A stretch of DNA of 64,000 nucleotides from Oscillospiraceae bacterium (GTDB lineage Bacteria; Bacillota; Clostridia; Oscillospirales; Ruminococcaceae). Below the pieces are notes generated by a model, which was not told the origin of the DNA, ran no database searches, and saw only the letters and a list, made by a program, of their open reading frames with translations. Below are positions 57,909-64,000 of the stretch, in pieces. The translations under genes and the position numbers were made by a program. Position 1 is the stretch's first letter; each line of letters starts with the position of its first letter. The stretch is taken from NCBI GenBank assembly GCA_030533325.1, contig JAUNJJ010000008.1, positions 9,219 through 73,218 of the forward strand, given 5' to 3'.

Positions 57909-58866
57909 GATAAGATTGGCAGTAAAGGTTTATATAGACGGACAGGAAGGTACAACAGGACTTCGTATTACAGAACGTTTCAGCGGAAGAGACGATATCG
58001 AACTTCTCAGAATTGATGAAGACAAGAGAAAGGATACAGAAGAAAGAAAGAGACTCATAAACAGTTCCGACTTTACTTTTCTCTGTCTGCCTGATGCTGC
58101 AGCTATTGAGGCTGTTTCTCTTGTGGAAAATGAAAACGTAAGAATTCTCGATGCTTCGACGGCACACAGAACAAATGACGGATGGGTTTACGGTTTTCCG
58201 GAACTTTCAGAAACACAGCGTGAAAAGATAAGAACCACAAAGAGACTCGCCGTGCCGGGATGCTACGCAAGCGGTTTTGTTTCACTTGTAAATCCTCTCA
58301 TATGTGCTGGAATCATGCAGCCTGATTTTCCTGTATTTGCGTATGCAACTTCAGGTTACAGCGGAGCAGGAAAAAAAGCTATCGCAGTGTACGAGGGCGA
58401 GGATAAGCCATATGAATTCAACAGCCCGAGACAGTATGCTCTTACACAGGCTCACAAGCATCTTCCTGAGATGCAGAAAATTTCCGGTCTGACAGTAAAG
58501 CCGATGTTTAATCCTATTGTATGTGATTACTACAGCGGGATGGTAGTATCCGTTCCTGTGCAGACAAGACTTCTTGAGAAAAAATGCGGTATCAGTGATA
58601 TCTACGAAGCTCTTGCAAAGCACTACGAAGGTCAGAAGATGGTTTCAGTTATGTCCATGGGCGGCAATGCAGAAATACCGGACGGTTTCCTTGCTTCCAA
58701 TACTCTGAGCAATCACGACAGTATGCAGATTTTTGTGTTCGGAAACGATGATCAGGTTCTCCTCTGCTCACGTCTTGACAATCTTGGAAAGGGAGCATCA
58801 GGAGCGGCAGTTCAGTGTCTGAATATTATGATGGGCATCGATGAAACAACAGGTCTTAATTTATAA
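57895..58866 (+). CDS. argC: N-acetyl-gamma-glutamyl-phosphate reductase (short type)
   Basis: Semialdehyde-dehydrogenase NAD-binding N-terminus (GTTGLRI) and catalytic Cys region (PGCYASG). The start may be TTG 57916 after GAAAGGTGAG. Confidence 0.8.
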   Translation: MTKGEIRLAVKVYIDGQEGTTGLRITERFSGRDDIELLRIDEDKRKDTEERKRLINSSDFTFLCLPDAAAIEAVSLVENENVRILDASTAHRTNDGWVYGFPELSETQREKIRTTKRLAVPGCYASGFVSLVNPLICAGIMQPDFPVFAYATSGYSGAGKKAIAVYEGEDKPYEFNSPRQYALTQAHKHLPEMQKISGLTVKPMFNPIVCDYYSGMVVSVPVQTRLLEKKCGISDIYEALAKHYEGQKMVSVMSMGGNAEIPDGFLASNTLSNHDSMQIFVFGNDDQVLLCSRLDNLGKGASGAAVQCLNIMMGIDETTGLNL

Positions 58867-58883
58867 TAAAGAAGGTAATAACT

Positions 58884-60116
58884 ATGCCAGAATTTGATAT
58901 ACTTGAAGGCGGAGTTACAGCTCCGAAGGGATTTCAGGCAGCATCCGCAGCTGCAGGAATAAAATACAAAGGAAGAACAGATATGGCTCTTGTTTACAGT
59001 GATGAGCCGTGTGTTACAGCCGGTGTTTACACAACAAATGTTGTAAAGGCAGCACCGGTACTATGGGATAAAAAGATTACGGATTCCGATACAAAGGTCA
59101 GTGCTGTGGTAGTAAACTCAGGTATTGCGAATGCATGCACAGGTCAGCAGGGGCTTGATATATGCAGAGCAACCGGTCAGGTGGTTGCTGATATTGCAGG
59201 CGGTACAGCTGAAAGTGTACTTGTGGGATCAACAGGCGTTATCGGTATGAAGATAGATGCTTCAAAGATTACTGCAGGTGTAAAGGAACTTATGTCAAAG
59301 AAGGCTTACGGAAAAGAAGCCGGAACGGAAGCTTCACGAGCAATTATGACAACAGATACTGTAAACAAGGAAATTGCAGTATCATTTAAAATTGGTTCTG
59401 AAACAGTAACAATCGGTGCAATGAGCAAGGGTTCGGGTATGATTCACCCTAATATGTGCACAATGCTCGGATATGTTACAACCGATGCAGTTATCGAAAA
59501 GAAGCTTCTTCAGGAGGCACTTTCAGATGTTGTGCAGGATACATTTAACATGATTACAGTTGACGGTGATACTTCAACAAATGACACTCTTCTGATTCTT
59601 GCAAACGGTCTTGCAAAGAATCCTGCAATAGATAAAAAAGATGAAAACTATAAGCTTTTCCGTGATGCACTTTATTTTGTCTGCGAATATCTCGCAAAGA
59701 AGATGGCAGGAGACGGTGAAGGTGCAACAGCTCTGTTTGAGGCAGAGATTATCAATGCAAAGAGTGTTGAGGATGCAAAGCTTATGGCTCGTTCGGTAGT
59801 TGGTTCAAACCTTTCAAAAGCAGCGATCTACGGACATGATGCAAACTTCGGTCGTTTCCTCTGCGCCATGGGATACTCCGGTGCACAGTTTGACCAGAAT
59901 GATGTTCAGCTTTACTTTGAAAGCAAGGCCGGAAAGATGATAGTATTCGACAAGGGAAATCCTGTACCGTTTGAGGAAGATGAAGCAACAAGGATTCTTT
60001 CCGAAGATGCTGTTACTATTCTTATCAATATGAATGAAGGTACTGCTTCTGCTACTGCATGGGGCTGTGACCTTACATACGATTACGTAAAAATCAACGC
60101 TGACTACAGAAGCTGA
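58884..60116 (+). CDS. argJ: Bifunctional ornithine acetyltransferase / N-acetylglutamate synthase
   Basis: ATMLGYVTTDA autoproteolytic-site motif. Confidence 0.9.
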   Translation: MPEFDILEGGVTAPKGFQAASAAAGIKYKGRTDMALVYSDEPCVTAGVYTTNVVKAAPVLWDKKITDSDTKVSAVVVNSGIANACTGQQGLDICRATGQVVADIAGGTAESVLVGSTGVIGMKIDASKITAGVKELMSKKAYGKEAGTEASRAIMTTDTVNKEIAVSFKIGSETVTIGAMSKGSGMIHPNMCTMLGYVTTDAVIEKKLLQEALSDVVQDTFNMITVDGDTSTNDTLLILANGLAKNPAIDKKDENYKLFRDALYFVCEYLAKKMAGDGEGATALFEAEIINAKSVEDAKLMARSVVGSNLSKAAIYGHDANFGRFLCAMGYSGAQFDQNDVQLYFESKAGKMIVFDKGNPVPFEEDEATRILSEDAVTILINMNEGTASATAWGCDLTYDYVKINADYRS

Positions 60117-60277
60117 TACTTAATATTCAGCTATAGAAAACAAAGAAAATATACGTGCGAAGGTGCAGGGCGACCGCAAAGCCCTGCAAAAAATACAAAG
60201 GAATTAGCGTGAATTTATATCATGAGACGAGTAGTAATGCTGATTTTTAATATATTTTACAGAAAGATGGTTTAAAA

Positions 60278-61138
60278 TTGGAAACAATAGCAAATAATAT
60301 CCGTTCACAGGTGCTTATAGATGCACTTCCATATATTCAGAAATACAACAACAAGATTGTCGTAGTAAAATACGGCGGAAATGCAATGACCAACGATGAC
60401 CTCAAGCAGGCAGTTATGAGTGATATCGTTCTTCTTTCACTTGTTGGCGTAAAGGTCGTTCTTGTTCACGGCGGCGGTCCTGAAATAAACGATATGCTGA
60501 AGAGACTTAATATCGAAAGCAAATTTATCGGCGGTCTCAGATACACAGACAAGGATACTATCGACGTAGTAAAAATGGTTCTTGCAGGCAAAGTTAACAA
60601 GGAACTTGTTGCACTTCTTGCAGCGAACGGCGGAAGTGCAGTGGGTCTCTGCGGACTTGACGGAAAGATGCTTATGGCCGAAAAGCTTAAGGCTGAGCAG
60701 GATCTCGGATTTGTCGGTGAGATTACAGAAGTGAACACAAAGGTAATTACAGATTCACTTGACAATGGTTATGTTCCGGTTATTGCAACAGTAGCAAGTA
60801 CAGAGGACGGTCAGACGATGAACATCAATGCTGATACAGCAGCTTCAAGAATAGCAGCAGAACTCGGCGCTGAAAATCTTATTCTCATGACAGATATTGC
60901 CGGACTTCTTAAAGACAAGGATGATCCGTCAACTCTTATCCCGTCAGTAAATGTAAGTGATGTTCCTTTCATGAAGAGACAGGGTATTATCTCAGGAGGA
61001 ATGATTCCTAAGATTGACTGCTGTGTTGAAGCAGTAAGACGAGGTGTAAGGAAAACATCAATTATCGACGGAAGAGTACCACACTCAATTCTCATTGAAC
61101 TCTTATCAAATGAAGGAATCGGTACACAGTTTACCTGA
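60278..61138 (+). CDS. argB: Acetylglutamate kinase
   Basis: TTG start; amino-acid kinase motifs (VVKYGGNAM, VLVHGGGP). Confidence 0.85.
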   Translation: METIANNIRSQVLIDALPYIQKYNNKIVVVKYGGNAMTNDDLKQAVMSDIVLLSLVGVKVVLVHGGGPEINDMLKRLNIESKFIGGLRYTDKDTIDVVKMVLAGKVNKELVALLAANGGSAVGLCGLDGKMLMAEKLKAEQDLGFVGEITEVNTKVITDSLDNGYVPVIATVASTEDGQTMNINADTAASRIAAELGAENLILMTDIAGLLKDKDDPSTLIPSVNVSDVPFMKRQGIISGGMIPKIDCCVEAVRRGVRKTSIIDGRVPHSILIELLSNEGIGTQFT

Positions 61139-61159
61139 TACATACAGAAAGGCAGAAAA

Positions 61160-62323
61160 ATGAATACAATAGAAAAATTCAACGGCAGTGTAATGCATAC
61201 ATATGGTCGTTATGATGTTGTGATTGATTCAGGCAGCGGACGTAATGCTGTTGATGAAAACAACAAAACATATATAGATTTCGGAAGCGGTATCGGAACA
61301 AACTCTCTCGGATACTGTGATGAAGAATGGGCGGATGCAGTATGCAAACAGGTTCGCAGCATACAGCATACATCAAATTACTATTACACTTCGGTACAGG
61401 CTGATTTTGCTGATAAACTCTGCAGTATTACCGGATACGATAAAGTATTTTTCGGAAACAGCGGAGCTGAAGCAAATGAATGTGCTATCAAGATTGCCCG
61501 TAAGTACAGCTTTGACAAGTACGGAAAGGGCAGGAGCACAATTATTACTCTTGTGAATTCATTTCACGGACGTACACTTGCAACACTTTCAGCAACAGGA
61601 CAGGATGTTTTCCACAATTATTTCTTCCCGTTCGTTGAGGGATTCGTTCACACACCTGCAAATGATATCGACGCACTTAAGGCATCAGCTGATGATACTG
61701 TATGTGCAATTATGCTTGAATTTGTTCAGGGTGAAGGCGGCGTTGTAAAGCTTGACGAGGAATTTGTAAAGGCAGTTCGTCAGATTTGTGATGAAAAGGA
61801 TATTCTTATGATTGCTGACGAAGTACAGACAGGTGCAGGCAGAACAGGTAAATTCCTTGCTTCCGAACATTTTGGTGTAAAGCCTGATATAACAACTATG
61901 GCCAAGGGACTTGCAGGCGGTGTGCCGGTTGGTGCATGTCTTGCTTCAGAAAAATGTTCATCAGTACTTGTTCCTGGTACACACGGCTCCACATTCGGAG
62001 GAAATCCTCTTGCATGCGCAGGCGGAAATGTTGTTCTTTCACGTGTAACTTCAGAGGGATTCCTTGATGAAGTAAAGAAGAAGAGCGAATATATTTTTGA
62101 TAAGCTTTCAAAAACTGAAGGTGTTGCTTCAGTAAGCGGTCTTGGTCTTATGATTGGCATAGAACTTAAGGAGAAAAAAGCCGCAGATGTAGTTAAGGCT
62201 GCACTTGACAGGGGACTTCTTCTCCTTACAGCAAAGACAAAGGTACGTCTTCTCCCTCCTCTCACGATAACATATGAGGAAATTGACAGGGGACTTCAGA
62301 TATTTGCTGAACTTCTTGCATAA
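61160..62323 (+). CDS. argD: Acetylornithine aminotransferase
   Basis: Class III aminotransferase; PLP-Lys region (DEVQTGAGRTGK). Confidence 0.9.
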   Translation: MNTIEKFNGSVMHTYGRYDVVIDSGSGRNAVDENNKTYIDFGSGIGTNSLGYCDEEWADAVCKQVRSIQHTSNYYYTSVQADFADKLCSITGYDKVFFGNSGAEANECAIKIARKYSFDKYGKGRSTIITLVNSFHGRTLATLSATGQDVFHNYFFPFVEGFVHTPANDIDALKASADDTVCAIMLEFVQGEGGVVKLDEEFVKAVRQICDEKDILMIADEVQTGAGRTGKFLASEHFGVKPDITTMAKGLAGGVPVGACLASEKCSSVLVPGTHGSTFGGNPLACAGGNVVLSRVTSEGFLDEVKKKSEYIFDKLSKTEGVASVSGLGLMIGIELKEKKAADVVKAALDRGLLLLTAKTKVRLLPPLTITYEEIDRGLQIFAELLA

Positions 62324-62360
62324 ATGCATATAAAATATAAAAAAGCGAGGTATAAAAACG

Positions 62361-63266
62361 ATGAAACACTTACTTACAATGATGGATCTCAGCAAAGAAG
62401 AAATTATTGATATTCTTAATCTTGCAGATCAGCTCAAATACGAATTAAAGCACAATATTCCGCATCCGCACCTTAAGGGCAAGACACTCGGAATGATATT
62501 CCAGAAGGCTTCAACAAGAACACGTGTTTCTTTTGAAACGGGTATGTATCAGCTCGGCGGTTATCCTCTTTTCCTTTCCGCAAATGACCTTCAGATTGGC
62601 AGAGGTGAACCTGTACAGGATACAGCACGTGTACTCTCACGTTACCTTGACGGTATTATGATCAGAACTTTCGAACAGAAGGAAGTTGAAGATCTTGCAT
62701 CATACGGCTCTATACCGATAATCAACGGTCTTACAGACTACTCACACCCGTGTCAGATTCTTGCTGACCTTATGACAGTACGTGAATTCAAGGGAAGCTT
62801 TGAAGGGCTTAAGATGTGCTATATCGGTGACGGTAACAATATGGCTAACTCACTTATAACAGGATTTCTCAAGGTTGGCATGTCAGTTTCAGTTGCATGC
62901 CCTGATGATTACCAGCCGGCTGCAAAGGTTCTTGAATATGCACGTGCAACAGGCAGATTCACAATGACAAACAAACCTCTTGAAGCAGCGGCAGGTGCTG
63001 ACGTTGTTATAACAGATGTATGGGCATCAATGGGACAGGAAGGCGAAGCTGAAAAGAGAAGAATCGCATTTAACGGCTACCAGATAAATGACGAAGTAAT
63101 GGCAGCTGCAAATGAAAAGGCTATGGTTCTCCACTGCCTCCCTGCACACAGAGAAGAAGAAATCACAACAAAGGTGTTTGAAGAACACGCTGAGGAAATA
63201 TTCGAAGAAGCAGAAAACAGACTTCACGCACAGAAGGCAGTAATGGTTAAGCTCATGGCTGACTGA
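62361..63266 (+). CDS. argF: Ornithine carbamoyltransferase
   Basis: STRTRVSFE carbamoyl-phosphate motif and the HCLP ornithine site. Confidence 0.9.
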   Translation: MKHLLTMMDLSKEEIIDILNLADQLKYELKHNIPHPHLKGKTLGMIFQKASTRTRVSFETGMYQLGGYPLFLSANDLQIGRGEPVQDTARVLSRYLDGIMIRTFEQKEVEDLASYGSIPIINGLTDYSHPCQILADLMTVREFKGSFEGLKMCYIGDGNNMANSLITGFLKVGMSVSVACPDDYQPAAKVLEYARATGRFTMTNKPLEAAAGADVVITDVWASMGQEGEAEKRRIAFNGYQINDEVMAAANEKAMVLHCLPAHREEEITTKVFEEHAEEIFEEAENRLHAQKAVMVKLMAD

Positions 63267-63432
63267 TAAGCTGCAGATACAGCTGCGGCGTTTGGGTGCA
63301 AATAACGCACTCAAACGCCGTTTTTGTTTTTAAGAAAAATATTATCGGAAAACGATAAAAAAGTATTGACAAATAATCTGAGAGGTGATATAATAAGTAC
63401 AACAAATAAAACAGGAAAGGTGGTAATTACTT

Positions 63433-63882
63433 ATGAAAAATAAGGAATTGTCAATTTTATTATCAAAGGGACTTATCTTTTTAGGAATGGCTATGGCGGC
63501 AGCGATAAGCATATGGCTTCCTTCATGTATCGGCTGGCTGGAGGAATATTATTACAAGCCTCTGGGTCATGTTCCTTCATGCATTATGGGATATGCAGTA
63601 ATGGCGCTGGCAATTGTTCTTCTTGTTTTCCTTTATCTTCTGCTTCGCAATATTTCGCAGAAGAAGGTGTTCGTGAAGAAGAATGCAGATATACTTGGCG
63701 TTATATCAGCATGCTGCTTTATTTCTGCTGCGATTCTTTTTGCATGGGGACTGATTACATTCCTTGAAGTAATATTCCTTGTTGCATTTATAGCAGGCTT
63801 TATGGGAATTATACTTCATGTACTGAAGAATGTATTTGAAGAAGCAGTAAGTATAAAAGAAGAAAGCGATTACACAATTTAA
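63433..63882 (+). CDS. DUF2975-like membrane protein
   Basis: Four transmembrane helices; typical partner immediately upstream of an XRE/YozG-type HTH gene. Confidence 0.55.
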   Translation: MKNKELSILLSKGLIFLGMAMAAAISIWLPSCIGWLEEYYYKPLGHVPSCIMGYAVMALAIVLLVFLYLLLRNISQKKVFVKKNADILGVISACCFISAAILFAWGLITFLEVIFLVAFIAGFMGIILHVLKNVFEEAVSIKEESDYTI

Positions 63883-63905
63883 CCGGTGCAGAAGGAGGAA
63901 TCAAT

Positions 63906-64000
63906 ATGCCTATTATAGTAAACCTCGATGTAATGATGGCAAAACGCAAGATATCATCGGGAGATCTTGCTGAGAAGATAGATATAACCCCGGCAAACCT
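63906..64000 (+). CDS. XRE-family HTH transcriptional regulator (YozG-like), 3'-truncated by window end
   Basis: MPIIVNLDVMMAKRKISSGDLAEKIDITPANL is characteristic of YozG-type regulators. Confidence 0.7.
   Translation, partial: MPIIVNLDVMMAKRKISSGDLAEKIDITPAN

Noticed and set aside
60164-60195. Palindrome gcagggcgaccgcaaagccctgc after argJ as a terminator
   Set aside because: It is followed by an A-run, not a T-run, on the coding strand, and it is preceded by T's in the other orientation. It does not fit an intrinsic terminator in either direction.

Overview
This window is a low-GC Firmicutes/Clostridia chromosomal segment, most likely from a cellulosome-producing Ruminococcus-like organism. 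Four proteins carry dockerin modules (a GH26 mannanase, a GH5 enzyme, a transglutaminase-like protein and a 5-repeat protein), and sporulation genes spoIVB and spo0A are present. Conserved housekeeping genes flank the window: mfd, nifS-rnhA, serA-serC, ylxM-ffh-rpsP-KH-rimM-trmD, ptsH, and an argG-(pentapeptide)-argH-argC-argJ-argB-argD-argF cluster. There is also a YfhO-like glycosyltransferase, rsuA, msmX, ilvE, a wzx-like flippase, glgP, an AraC/PBP regulator, an SPFH protein and a 7TM-GGDEF cyclase. The centre (about 11.9-25.6 kb) is an AT-richer, repeat-riddled accessory island. It starts with a secreted N-terminal-dockerin protein built from five copies of an unknown ~125-aa repeat, followed by a membrane-anchored LRR-like protein. 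Next come two tandem, near-identical 2.19-kb blocks, each made of a perfect consensus promoter, a ~880-aa protein with an identical N-terminal ~690 aa and a completely different C-terminal ~200 aa, a different small membrane-protein gene, and a shared hairpin terminator. This architecture is characteristic of polymorphic toxin/immunity cassette arrays, and the two C-terminal domains and their partner genes resemble no toxin family I can name from sequence. The cassettes have an unresolved translation-start/frame anomaly that is conserved in both copies. The island ends with a duplicated Fic 3' gene fragment flanking an inserted DUF4143 AAA+ ATPase gene and a complete Fic gene. Elsewhere, a strong c-di-GMP-I (GEMM) riboswitch match precedes the dockerin/transglutaminase-like gene, a strongly ribosome-binding-site-equipped 39-aa hydrophobic peptide gene lies just upstream of ilvE, and there is a candidate ArgR operator upstream of argG. 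No CRISPR array, tRNA, rRNA, transposase or integrase was recognised.
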